The notes under the pieces are model-generated. The model was not told the DNA's origin, made no database searches, and saw nothing but the letters and a program-made list of their open reading frames with translations. This document shows positions 38,207 through 46,805 of a stretch of 64,000 nucleotides of DNA, piece by piece (the first letter of the stretch is position 1; each line of letters starts with the position of its first letter). Position numbers and translations under genes: made by a program. This DNA comes from Acidobacteriota bacterium (GTDB lineage: Bacteria; Acidobacteriota; UBA890; WLXD01): the NCBI GenBank assembly GCA_963666055.2, contig CAXWPH010000007.1, positions 224,001-288,000 of the forward strand, read 5' to 3'.

Positions 38207-39597
38207 TGGCTCTCCTGCGGCCGGTCCAGGTAGCGCAGCTCCTGGCCGTCGAACCAGGCGATCTGGCCGATGCCGAGCTCGACTCCGTGCTCTCCCCAAC
38301 CCTCCACCGCGACGCTGGTATGGGGCTCGAAAGCGTAGAGCGTGTTGGCGTAGAGCCGGTGATCGTTGGTGACGATGGACGTCGGGTAGTAGCCCGGCCC
38401 GGAAGTCATGCCGGCAACGTAGGGCTTGGTAACAAACATGAAGCCGCCGAGCTGGTAGCGACGCAGGAAGGTCGGCGGCGGATGGAATCCTAGCCGGCTC
38501 TCGATCACGCCGGCCTCGCGCGGTATGCGGTCGGCCGCGGCGACGATCTCCTTGCCGGTGCGACCAGCAACGAACTCGGCGCGAAACAGATCCTGCATGC
38601 GGTTCACCTTGGCCAGAGCTTCGACAAGGTCAGGCGGTACCTCGGTCTCGCCTAACTCGAGCACATAGGCGTGCTGATGCGAGTCGGTTACCAGCCCCAG
38701 CAACATGATGTCGCTATCGCAGCTGATAATGTCGCCCCGCTGCACGGTCACCGCCATGCCGTTTCGACTGCGCCCGGCGCGAAAGTACTCGGGCGGATCG
38801 TCGTACTTGGCGATGTTCGCCGGCTTGCGCTGGATTCCGATGCTGGGGTGGTTCTCGTACTCCAGATGCAGATCTGCCATGCGCTCGCGGAACCACCAAT
38901 TGAGGTCATCGGTGGTGGTCACGCCGGGAATCACGACACGGTTCGAGAAGCCCTCGGCAATGATGTCGTTGGCGACCCCCTGGACGAGCTTGAAGACGCT
39001 GATCTGATCGGGCGCCATGGTCTCGAGCCAGCGTACGCCGAGCGTCCACGAGGAGACCGCCCGCTCAGAGTATGGGCCCAGTGCCTCGAGCATCGGATCA
39101 TTCAGGTGGTCGCCGATAGCAATCGTCTGGGGGTCGAGCTGATTCACCAGGGCTGAGATGGCGTCGTAGTCGCGCGGCTCAACGTAGGTCACGCCCGCCT
39201 CGGTGACATGGAAGGCAAGATAGCGCGGCGTACGCTGCGAACCGTCACGCTCGTGCTCGCTGCCATAGGCGAGACCCTCGGCGTTCGCCGGGATGAGCGA
39301 GCTGTAGACTGGGCCCTCGTTGTTGAAGAACCGGTCGCCCTCGTCGTTACGGACGATAAACAGGTCGATGCCTTGCTCGCGCATGACCGCCGGTAGCACG
39401 TTCTGCAGCTTCCATTCGATCCACCGCTGCATGATCCGGACGCGCTGCCGTAACGGCGGAATCACGTGGTGGACAGTACTGAGCTCACGATCCTGCGCCT
39501 GGCTCTCCGACCAGCCCGGGACAGATGCGAGCACCCCGAGTACCGCCCCGAGTACGAGGAGCCGTAGCCTACGGTCGCGTCGGCTTGTCCTGTTCAT
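38188..39597 (-). CDS. Secreted M24-fold protein, copy 5 (divergent site, lacks the last Glu ligand)
   Basis: Close paralog of 15519..16886 (NNEGPVYSSL, ENHPSI, GLVTD, FHPPP, GMTSGPGY, LYAFEPH, ELG.GQ). Confidence 0.8.
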   Translation of the reverse strand: MNRTSRRDRRLRLLVLGAVLGVLASVPGWSESQAQDRELSTVHHVIPPLRQRVRIMQRWIEWKLQNVLPAVMREQGIDLFIVRNDEGDRFFNNEGPVYSSLIPANAEGLAYGSEHERDGSQRTPRYLAFHVTEAGVTYVEPRDYDAISALVNQLDPQTIAIGDHLNDPMLEALGPYSERAVSSWTLGVRWLETMAPDQISVFKLVQGVANDIIAEGFSNRVVIPGVTTTDDLNWWFRERMADLHLEYENHPSIGIQRKPANIAKYDDPPEYFRAGRSRNGMAVTVQRGDIISCDSDIMLLGLVTDSHQHAYVLELGETEVPPDLVEALAKVNRMQDLFRAEFVAGRTGKEIVAAADRIPREAGVIESRLGFHPPPTFLRRYQLGGFMFVTKPYVAGMTSGPGYYPTSIVTNDHRLYANTLYAFEPHTSVAVEGWGEHGVELGIGQIAWFDGQELRYLDRPQESQWHVIR

Positions 39598-39620
39598 CAC
39601 ACCCCTCCCTCTCTTGGGGT

Positions 39621-40406
39621 TCACTGCATGTACTGCCCGCCGTTGGCCAGGAAGGTGGCGCCGGTGGAGAACTCGGCACCGATGATAGCGTCGAGCATGT
39701 GGGTCACATCGCCGACCTCGCCCAGACGCCCCATCGGCATGGTCCCTATCTCCTTGGCCAGGCCGGCCTCATCTTCGAGGTCGTATCGCTCCATGACCTC
39801 GCGCGTCTTGACAGCGTTGGGCAACAACGCGTTCACCCGGATCCGCGGGCCGAGCTCCTGCGCCATGCACTTGGTAAGCGCGAAGATCCCGCCCTTTGCG
39901 CTGCAGAAGTTGGCGCCGTTCTTGCGCCCCACCTGACCACACGCAGCACCCAGATTGATGATGCAGCCCGGTCGATCGGGGTTGTGGAAGACAAACTCCT
40001 GGCTGCAAACGAAGGTGCCGCGAAGGTGCGCTGCCACCACCGAGTCCCACATATCGTCGGTCAGCTCGGTGAACGGCGCGTCGCGGTTAATGCCTGCAAA
40101 GTTAATCAGGATATCGACTCGCCCGAAGGCCTCGATGGCATCGTCGAACATCGCTCGCACCTGTTCGCGGTTGGCAACGTCGGCCTTGCACTTGATTACT
40201 CGGTCAGCGCCCACCTGCGAGCTGATCGCCTCGTGGACCGTCTCCGCCTCGTCATCGACGATGTAGCCGAGGACGATCCGGTAGCCCTTGGCGGCGAAAT
40301 GCTCGGCGCTCGCCGCGCCCAGACCACTCGAGGCCCCGGTGATGACCATGACTCGCTCTTCGCTCATGCTGGTGACCTGCTCTTGCTCTCCGTCAGTCAT
40401 CCTCAT
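39621..40406 (-). CDS. Short-chain dehydrogenase/reductase with atypical active site
   Basis: TGASSGLG, ADV, NFAG, IRVNA..P. YxxxK is replaced by FCSAK. Confidence 0.9.
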   Translation of the reverse strand: MRMTDGEQEQVTSMSEERVMVITGASSGLGAASAEHFAAKGYRIVLGYIVDDEAETVHEAISSQVGADRVIKCKADVANREQVRAMFDDAIEAFGRVDILINFAGINRDAPFTELTDDMWDSVVAAHLRGTFVCSQEFVFHNPDRPGCIINLGAACGQVGRKNGANFCSAKGGIFALTKCMAQELGPRIRVNALLPNAVKTREVMERYDLEDEAGLAKEIGTMPMGRLGEVGDVTHMLDAIIGAEFSTGATFLANGGQYMQ

Positions 40407-41464
40407 CCACCCCAGATGTCCCCAACCGTGAAGCCGTTGGGGAAGGGATCGTCGTCATCGACGACATATTGCGCCATACCGGTAATCCACGCCGTGCCGC
40501 GGATTGTCGGCACCACCGCGGGGCGCTCGCCCAGCGTCGTCTCGCGCACCAATCGCCCGGTGAACGTGGTGCTGAGAATTCCCTCGTGGACGAAGTCCTG
40601 ATCGAGCGGCAGCTCGCCCTTGGCCCACATAGCCACCATCTTGGCGCAGGTACCGGTGCCGCAGGGCGAGCGGTCAAGCACGCCCTTCCAGGTAGCGGGG
40701 CGATTCCAATCCAGCTTGCCAGTGGAAACGATCACCGTGTTCCTGCGGTGTGCCCCCGATACGGTCGGCGGTGCCGAGAGCTGTGCGATCGTCACCCCGC
40801 GGATGTCCGGGTTGACCGGGTGAACCGGCACCTCGAGCTGCTCTTGGGTGGCGACCTTGATCATCTCGCCTACGCGGGTGATCTCCCCGGCCTCGTCGGG
40901 ATCCAGTGTCAGCCCCAGCTGATCGGCGTCGGCAATGGCGTAGAACATGCCCCCGTAGGCGACGTCAACGACCACCTTGCCGAGCTCCGGAACATCGACC
41001 TCGGCGTCGAGATGCACCGCAAAACCGGGCACATTCTCGAACGTCACGCCCTTCACCTTGCCGCCCTCGACCTCGGCGATCACCTTGATCAGCCCGGCCG
41101 GCGATTCCAGTGTCAGCTCGGTGATCGGCTCGGTGAACGGCACCATGCCGGTCTCGATGAGCACCGTCGTCACCGCGATGGTGTTGGTCCCCGACATGCC
41201 GGGGTACTCGACTTGCTCCATGATCACGTAGCCGGCGGCAGCTCGCGGGTCGGTCGGCGGCAGGATCAAGTTGCAGTTGGCCGCCGGGTAGCCGCGCGGC
41301 TCGCGCAGCATACGCTTGCGAATGTGGTCGGCCTTGGTCTCCAGGTAGACCATCTTCTCGTACATCGTTTTGCCGGGGACATCCAATACGCCGCCCACGA
41401 TGACGCGGCCGGGTTCACCGCCCACATGAGTATCGACGGCGTGAATGACGTTGGAGACTCGCAT
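40403..41464 (-). CDS. Proline racemase / hydroxyproline epimerase superfamily protein (Ser/Cys variant)
   Basis: DTH..GEP.R, REPRG, GMSGTN (Ser in place of Cys), DVAYGG.FY, DRSPCGTG, DPF..GF. Confidence 0.93.
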   Translation of the reverse strand: MRVSNVIHAVDTHVGGEPGRVIVGGVLDVPGKTMYEKMVYLETKADHIRKRMLREPRGYPAANCNLILPPTDPRAAAGYVIMEQVEYPGMSGTNTIAVTTVLIETGMVPFTEPITELTLESPAGLIKVIAEVEGGKVKGVTFENVPGFAVHLDAEVDVPELGKVVVDVAYGGMFYAIADADQLGLTLDPDEAGEITRVGEMIKVATQEQLEVPVHPVNPDIRGVTIAQLSAPPTVSGAHRRNTVIVSTGKLDWNRPATWKGVLDRSPCGTGTCAKMVAMWAKGELPLDQDFVHEGILSTTFTGRLVRETTLGERPAVVPTIRGTAWITGMAQYVVDDDDPFPNGFTVGDIWGG

Positions 41465-41531
41465 CGTGATTGGCTTCCTGTTTCGCGGTTCGTTTCAGCG
41501 GAGCGGCGTGCGCCTTAGGTCAGTCGGGCAG

Positions 41532-42572
41532 CTACGCGCCGACCACCGTCTTCATCCAGTCTGCGGTGTTGTGGAAGTCGGAGACAACGCTGCCGGGCGG
41601 CACCAGATCGTCGCAAGCCTGGCGCGCCGCGTCGCTGAGGTCCATCTCCAGCACGGGCAGCAGCGGCTCGAGATGCTCCATCGTTCGCGGCCCGATCAGT
41701 GGCGCGGTGATCCCCGGCTGGTCCTTGCACCAGAGAATCGCCAGCTGGGCAGCGCTGAGCCCCTCTGATTCGGCGATCTTGGTGAACTCGATGCCGACCT
41801 CCACACCACGACGCGTTACGCGATCGGCGTAGAAGCCGCCGCGCAGGGCAGCACGAGACTCGGCCGGGTACTCGTCGTGACTCTTGTATCGACCGGCCAA
41901 TACACCCATCGCCATGGGCGCCCAGGTGATCAGGCCGACACCATGGCGTTGGCACATCGGAATGAGCTCGTTCTCGATGCGCCGATCGAGGAGGTTGTAT
42001 GGCGGCTGCTCGGACACGTATCGGGCCCAGCCGCGAGCCTTGCTGACGCCAATCGACTCCATGACCATCCAGGCGGGGTGGGTGGAGCAGCCGATGTAGC
42101 GGATCTTGCCCTGCGTCACCAGGTCGTGAAGGGCTCCCAACGTCTCATCGAAGGGAATGTCGGGAGACGGGCGGTGCATCTGGTACAGGTCGATATAGTC
42201 GGTGTCGAGCCGCTTCAGCGACGCCTCACAGGCGCGAATAATATTAAGCCGCGAGTGACCGTACTCGTTGGGTCCGATCTGATCCGTGTAGTCCTCGAGC
42301 GTTGCGCCCACCTGACGCCTGCCGTGATCGCACTTCGTGCCGATCAAGACCTCGTGCCGACGACCGCTGCGCTTGAGAATGCGGCCCAGAACCCGCTCGC
42401 CCTCACCGTCGGCGTAGACGTCGCCGGTGTCGACCAGATTGATACCCGCGTCCATGGCGGTGAGGAGAATGCGCTCGCATTCCTCCTCCGGGGTCGGGTC
42501 CATGAAGTTGTCGGTGCCAAGCGCCAGAGGCGCGACCTTGGCGCCGGTTCGTCCGAGGCTTCGGTAGTGCAT
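41532..42572 (-). CDS. Aldo/keto reductase
   Basis: YRSLGRTG, DTGDVY, GTK, SLKRL.TDYIDLYQMH, GKIRYIGCS, QPPYNLLDR, LIGPR. TGATG overlap with the M28 gene. Confidence 0.95.
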   Translation of the reverse strand: MHYRSLGRTGAKVAPLALGTDNFMDPTPEEECERILLTAMDAGINLVDTGDVYADGEGERVLGRILKRSGRRHEVLIGTKCDHGRRQVGATLEDYTDQIGPNEYGHSRLNIIRACEASLKRLDTDYIDLYQMHRPSPDIPFDETLGALHDLVTQGKIRYIGCSTHPAWMVMESIGVSKARGWARYVSEQPPYNLLDRRIENELIPMCQRHGVGLITWAPMAMGVLAGRYKSHDEYPAESRAALRGGFYADRVTRRGVEVGIEFTKIAESEGLSAAQLAILWCKDQPGITAPLIGPRTMEHLEPLLPVLEMDLSDAARQACDDLVPPGSVVSDFHNTADWMKTVVGA

Positions 42573-44080
42573 CACTTGTGCCACCGCCGTTTGTTCTGCA
42601 GGCCGTCTGCGTGGGGAAAGGAGCCCTCGCGCGTCGCGGCGTGATAGGCGAAGCTCGCCAGGATTACCGATGCTTGCTCGAGATCTTCCGCAACCAGCCG
42701 GTCGTATACGTCCATGTTGGTGTGGAACGACACGTTGAAAAACTCGAGATCGTCTTGAATGAACTGGAAGCCGGGCAGCCCGACCTCTTGAAACGCCATG
42801 TGGTCGGTGCCGCCGGTGTTGCCGGGAACGATCCACTCCATGCCGACATCGTGGAAGGGCCGCATCCAGGCCTCGAAGATCGGCCGCGCCTCGTCGTTGC
42901 CTTGCAGGAAGATACCGCGAAAGCGACCGTACCAGTCGACGTTGAAGTACACGTAGTGGCTGGCGTGCTCCGGTCGCCGCTCCCCGGTGTCGCGGTTGCC
43001 GAGATGCTTGGCGACGTAGCCTCGCGAACCGAGCATCCCCGACTCCTCGGCGCCCCAGAGCGCTGCGCGGATGGTCCGCCGCGGCTTCGCCTCGACCGCC
43101 GCCAGAATGCGCATTGCCTCCATGACGATGGCGCTGCCCGAGGCGTTGTCGGTAGCACCGGTTCCAGCCGGCTGCGAGTCAAAATGCGCCCCGATCATCA
43201 CTACCTCCGACGCCAGGTCGCCGCCCGGTAGCTCCGCGAGCACGTTGTAGTCGAGCGGGTCGTCGTCGTGGAACGCGTTGCGCACCTCGATCTGCATCTC
43301 GGGCTCGATGCCGCGGCCAATCAGCCGCACGACGCGGTTGTAGTGCTCTGCCGCCAATACCAGCGCCGGGAGCCCCGGCTCCTCCCCCAAGGGGAGGGGG
43401 CCGTCACCGGTGACGGCGACCAACCCCTTGTCCATCGGTCCGACGTTGGCCTGGCCGGGAGCCATCAAGGCCACCACACCCTGGTCGCGGAAGAACTGCT
43501 GCATCCACTGCGGTGGCAACGGCTGACGCTCGCTAGCACTGTCTCCGCGCGGCGGCTCGTCCGCGGGGCGCTCGGTGTCGAGGCGCGCCATCTCGCGCAG
43601 CTCCTCGTCCGACAGGCGAACCGCCTGCGGCTGAAAGCTCATCTCCAGCCGGCGCTCCGGCTGCGTGAAGACACTCTGACCGGCAAGCTTGCCGCGATAG
43701 GCTTCCAGGTCCGACGCGTCGAAGATCTGTGTGGTGTCCAGCAGCACCACCCCGGTGGTCACGGTGCCGCTGGTGCTCGCCGTGCCGGGCACCGGATAGG
43801 CGATCACCGGCTGATAGCGCGGCTTGGTCAGATGAACGGAGGTGTATTCGTTCTCCCATCCGTAGCCGTATTCGCCCCACGCTTCGAGGGTGGCCGTCAG
43901 ACCGAAGCTCTCGAAAGTCTGACGCGCCCACTCGGCCGCCGCGTCATACGAGGGAGAGTTCGCGTACCTGGGACCGTAAACATCAGTCATCGCCCCGGCC
44001 CACTCCATCACTTTGGAACGGGTCAATCCCTCGCGGCGAAGCTCGGCAACGACCGCCTCGTGGATGGGCTCGGGGTTCAT
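42572..44080 (-). CDS. M28 aminopeptidase (plasma-glutamate-carboxypeptidase-like), separated from its signal peptide by a MITE
   Basis: GAHFDS, ATDNASG, WGAEESG..GS, FNVD, GTDH..F, HTNMD.YD. In-frame signal peptide at 44363-44419. Confidence 0.9.
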   Translation of the reverse strand: MNPEPIHEAVVAELRREGLTRSKVMEWAGAMTDVYGPRYANSPSYDAAAEWARQTFESFGLTATLEAWGEYGYGWENEYTSVHLTKPRYQPVIAYPVPGTASTSGTVTTGVVLLDTTQIFDASDLEAYRGKLAGQSVFTQPERRLEMSFQPQAVRLSDEELREMARLDTERPADEPPRGDSASERQPLPPQWMQQFFRDQGVVALMAPGQANVGPMDKGLVAVTGDGPLPLGEEPGLPALVLAAEHYNRVVRLIGRGIEPEMQIEVRNAFHDDDPLDYNVLAELPGGDLASEVVMIGAHFDSQPAGTGATDNASGSAIVMEAMRILAAVEAKPRRTIRAALWGAEESGMLGSRGYVAKHLGNRDTGERRPEHASHYVYFNVDWYGRFRGIFLQGNDEARPIFEAWMRPFHDVGMEWIVPGNTGGTDHMAFQEVGLPGFQFIQDDLEFFNVSFHTNMDVYDRLVAEDLEQASVILASFAYHAATREGSFPHADGLQNKRRWHK

Positions 44081-44088
44081 GGGCTCTA

Positions 44089-44362
44089 GCAGGCCGTGGT
44101 GAAAGTGTGGTGGGTCTGGTTACGGCGAGTTGGGGCCAGATGCAAGGCAGCCTGACACAGGCGATGCCCTAGCCATCGTCGAGGAAGGCCAACGCTGCAG
44201 ATGGCCCCAAATCGCCGTAACCCTTCGGGCGACAGGGGGTTGCGCGCGTAGGCTGCGTCGTTCCTCGTCAACGATGGCGTAACCATCGCCTCCTCGTCTC
44301 TCCTTGCCTCCACTTTCGCAAGACCCTGTCGCCAGACCCGCCACACTTTCACCACGGCCTGC
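44089..44362. mobile_element. MITE / non-autonomous insertion element (274 bp) with long terminal inverted repeats
   Basis: GCAGGCCGTGGTGAAAGTGTGG (44089-44110) is perfectly complementary to 44341-44362 and extends to 31 bp with one mismatch. Internal palindromic stems; CTAG at the left end; no transposase. Confidence 0.8.
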
Positions 44363-44451
44363 GACGGGCGATGCGGCGACCAGCGGCACCGTAGCGGCAA
44401 GAGCTGCCAAACGGCACATCTGCGTGGTCCCGGTACGTGCTGGAAAATCGT

Positions 44452-44470
44452 CGACACAATATCGTATACA
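44452..44470. promoter_or_regulatory. Putative GntR operator, copy 4 (overlapping inverted pair CGACACAATA / TATCGTATACA)
   Basis: About 35-50 bp upstream of the orphaned M28 signal-peptide ATG (44419). Confidence 0.55.
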
Positions 44471-44526
44471 CAAAGCAATAGCATCCGCGGCGCTGCGGCG
44501 GCGGCGGCATCGATGTGCCTGGCAGG

Positions 44527-44556
44527 GCAGGCCGTGGTGAAAGTGTCGCCTGCTAG
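44527..44556. repeat. Third, isolated copy of the MITE terminal repeat (GCAGGCCGTGGTGAAAGTGT-CGCCTGCTAG)
   Basis: 20-bp identity to 44089-44108. Ends in CTAG, which supplies the stop codon of the GWxTD gene. Confidence 0.75.
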
Positions 44557-46802
44557 CTTGCTCGCTGCGCCGCCTGCGCCCGTTCGAGCGTCGCTCTGAC
44601 GCCGACTTGGCTGTCGTCCAGCGCCAGCGAGCGCGTCAGGATCTCGATGGCGCGCTGCAGATTCGCCGGCTCGCCCGCCTCGTCTTGTGCGAGGTACTCG
44701 GCGGCCAGCGAGTTGAGCACGTCGACGCTGTCGCTACGTTCCAGTACGGCGCGCTCGTAGAAGCGAATGGCGTCGTAGTGCTTCCCTTGTCGCGCCGTGG
44801 CCTCGGCCAGCAGCAGCAGCAGCTCCAAATCGTGCGGAGCATCCACGAGGCGCTCGATGAGGAGCTCCTCGAGAGCCTCGTGATGGCCACCGTCACGGAG
44901 TAGCTCGATTTGCAGCTGCAACGCATCGTAAAGGTCCGGCTCCCGCAACAGGGCGTCGTCGACCAGAGCGATCGCCTCCCCGGTACTGCCGGCGACCCGC
45001 AGGATTGCGGCACGTCGTACCAGCGACCTCGGGTCGGTAGGCGGAGGCGTCGCTGCAGCGTGCACGATGGGGCGCCGAACCTCGTGGCGCACGAAGAACG
45101 GCAAGCTATCCCAGGCGGCCTGGCCAACGATCGACACCGTCAAGGAGTAGGCGCCCGGATCGACGTCCATCGTGATGCCGGTGAGCTGGTTGACGACCCC
45201 GAAACGGTCCACCCCATCGGGCCGGATCGAGATCTGTTTCACGCTGACCATGCGCCCAGCGTCGTCGTGGACCGTGTAGGACACGTTGACAATCTCGGTG
45301 TGCTCCTCCGGTAGCAGCACCTGATGGAACACGTACAGCTGCCCCCCGACGGGGAACGGACCGTCGATCGTGGGGGTCATCGCCAGCTGACCGACCTGGA
45401 ATGGCAGCTGAGCTCCGAACGGATCGTAGGCGGCACCGAGCGGCCGCACATCGGCACACAAGATCGGCTGCCCGAGGGTAACCGACGCAGGATGGGGGAT
45501 GGGGACCAGGGCTGCCGTGCCGATCTCGCCGTACTCGTGGCTGACGTTGTTTTCGAGCACCAGCTCCAGCTGTAAGGATCCATGGATGGCGGGAATCCGG
45601 TCGACGTACATCAGCGACCCGGCGCGGGCGCGCTCGAGCGCACCCTCGGGCAGGCTGCTCTGGATGAGGCGAGGCGGCGGTCCCTCGAGCACGCGTCGGG
45701 CTTCGTCGAGCAAGTACGTCCCCACCGAGAAGGTCATGTAGTGATTGCCCTCGTGCTCACCGAGGTTGAGCCCTGGTCCGGGCGCCCGCGCCACGTAGCT
45801 GACGAACGGCCGACCGTCGGGATCGAGCCAACCGATGGCTCGCGCGTCGATATCGAGAGTTTCGAACCGCACCTCGGTTTCGGTGGCGCCGGTCAGGATC
45901 GGGTACGTCCACTCGATCGTCGGCACCATGAGATCGGGAATCTCGAGAATGTCCCCGATCAGGCTCTCCGACCGGAGGGGCGACCCCAGCCGCGCCTCGC
46001 CCGGAATCAGGCTGAACGCCGCCTCGGCAAGGTCGGGGTTGACCAGCCGCAACAAGTTGTAGGTCCCCGGACCACCGCTGATAAGGCCTCCCATTCCGAA
46101 GCCCTGCTGGCCGAGGCCACCTTGCTGCCGTACCGAGTTGCGACCGGTCGGGTTGAGAAGTCGCTCGGGACCATCGCCGGCGGGACTGTAGAGCTCGAAC
46201 TCGCCCATGCCCTGCTCGCGAAAGAAGACGACGTAGAAAAATGTCGGGACTCCGAGGCGCGGATCCATCTGGTAGAACCAGACCTCCACCGGGTACAGGT
46301 TGGCGTCGTTGTGGTGCCGTGAGCGGGTTTGAGGCTCGCCGAGCAACACGTAGATGCGGCCCATGTCGGTGCGCCAGCCAGGCCCCGGAGAGACGCGGCC
46401 GAACTGACGAGTGGCGTACGCCAGCCGCTCGTAGTGAATCGGAACATACTCGTTGCGCGGCGTCCCCGGGGTCGGGTCGCGACGCTCCCAAAACGCATCG
46501 ATGAACCGATCACGCTTGTCGTCGGAGTCGAGACGCAGGAAAACGTCGCGCTCGGGCTCGGTGATGATCCAGACGACCTCCTCTTCGAGCCAGACACGGA
46601 AACGCTCTGGCAGGTCGCGCGATCGGAGCTTTGGATAGGCACTCAGATCGACCTGATGTGCAGGCAACGCACCGGCGGCCCGGACCGTTGCGCCGACCAT
46701 CGTGCCGAAGCTGCTCAGCCCGATGACGACAGCGACTACCAGGCCGATCCGACCGGCGCGCCGCCCGGCTCCGGCTACCGGGCGCGGAGGACTCGGATGC
46801 AT
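44553..46802 (-). CDS. GWxTD-domain protein with C-terminal TPRs
   Basis: WLEEEV.WII...E...F, FW..RDP.P.T..NE, PGWRTDMGRIY...G.P, E.W.Y. Signal peptide. Confidence 0.9.
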   Translation of the reverse strand: MHPSPPRPVAGAGRRAGRIGLVVAVVIGLSSFGTMVGATVRAAGALPAHQVDLSAYPKLRSRDLPERFRVWLEEEVVWIITEPERDVFLRLDSDDKRDRFIDAFWERRDPTPGTPRNEYVPIHYERLAYATRQFGRVSPGPGWRTDMGRIYVLLGEPQTRSRHHNDANLYPVEVWFYQMDPRLGVPTFFYVVFFREQGMGEFELYSPAGDGPERLLNPTGRNSVRQQGGLGQQGFGMGGLISGGPGTYNLLRLVNPDLAEAAFSLIPGEARLGSPLRSESLIGDILEIPDLMVPTIEWTYPILTGATETEVRFETLDIDARAIGWLDPDGRPFVSYVARAPGPGLNLGEHEGNHYMTFSVGTYLLDEARRVLEGPPPRLIQSSLPEGALERARAGSLMYVDRIPAIHGSLQLELVLENNVSHEYGEIGTAALVPIPHPASVTLGQPILCADVRPLGAAYDPFGAQLPFQVGQLAMTPTIDGPFPVGGQLYVFHQVLLPEEHTEIVNVSYTVHDDAGRMVSVKQISIRPDGVDRFGVVNQLTGITMDVDPGAYSLTVSIVGQAAWDSLPFFVRHEVRRPIVHAAATPPPTDPRSLVRRAAILRVAGSTGEAIALVDDALLREPDLYDALQLQIELLRDGGHHEALEELLIERLVDAPHDLELLLLLAEATARQGKHYDAIRFYERAVLERSDSVDVLNSLAAEYLAQDEAGEPANLQRAIEILTRSLALDDSQVGVRATLERAQAAQRAS

Positions 46803-46805
46803 GCC

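Noticed and set aside
44086-44484. ORFs 44086..44484, 44120..44473 and 44304..44540 as genes; the repeats as a CRISPR array
   Set aside because: The ORFs are translations of the MITE. The repeats are inverted and irregularly spaced, and there are no cas genes.
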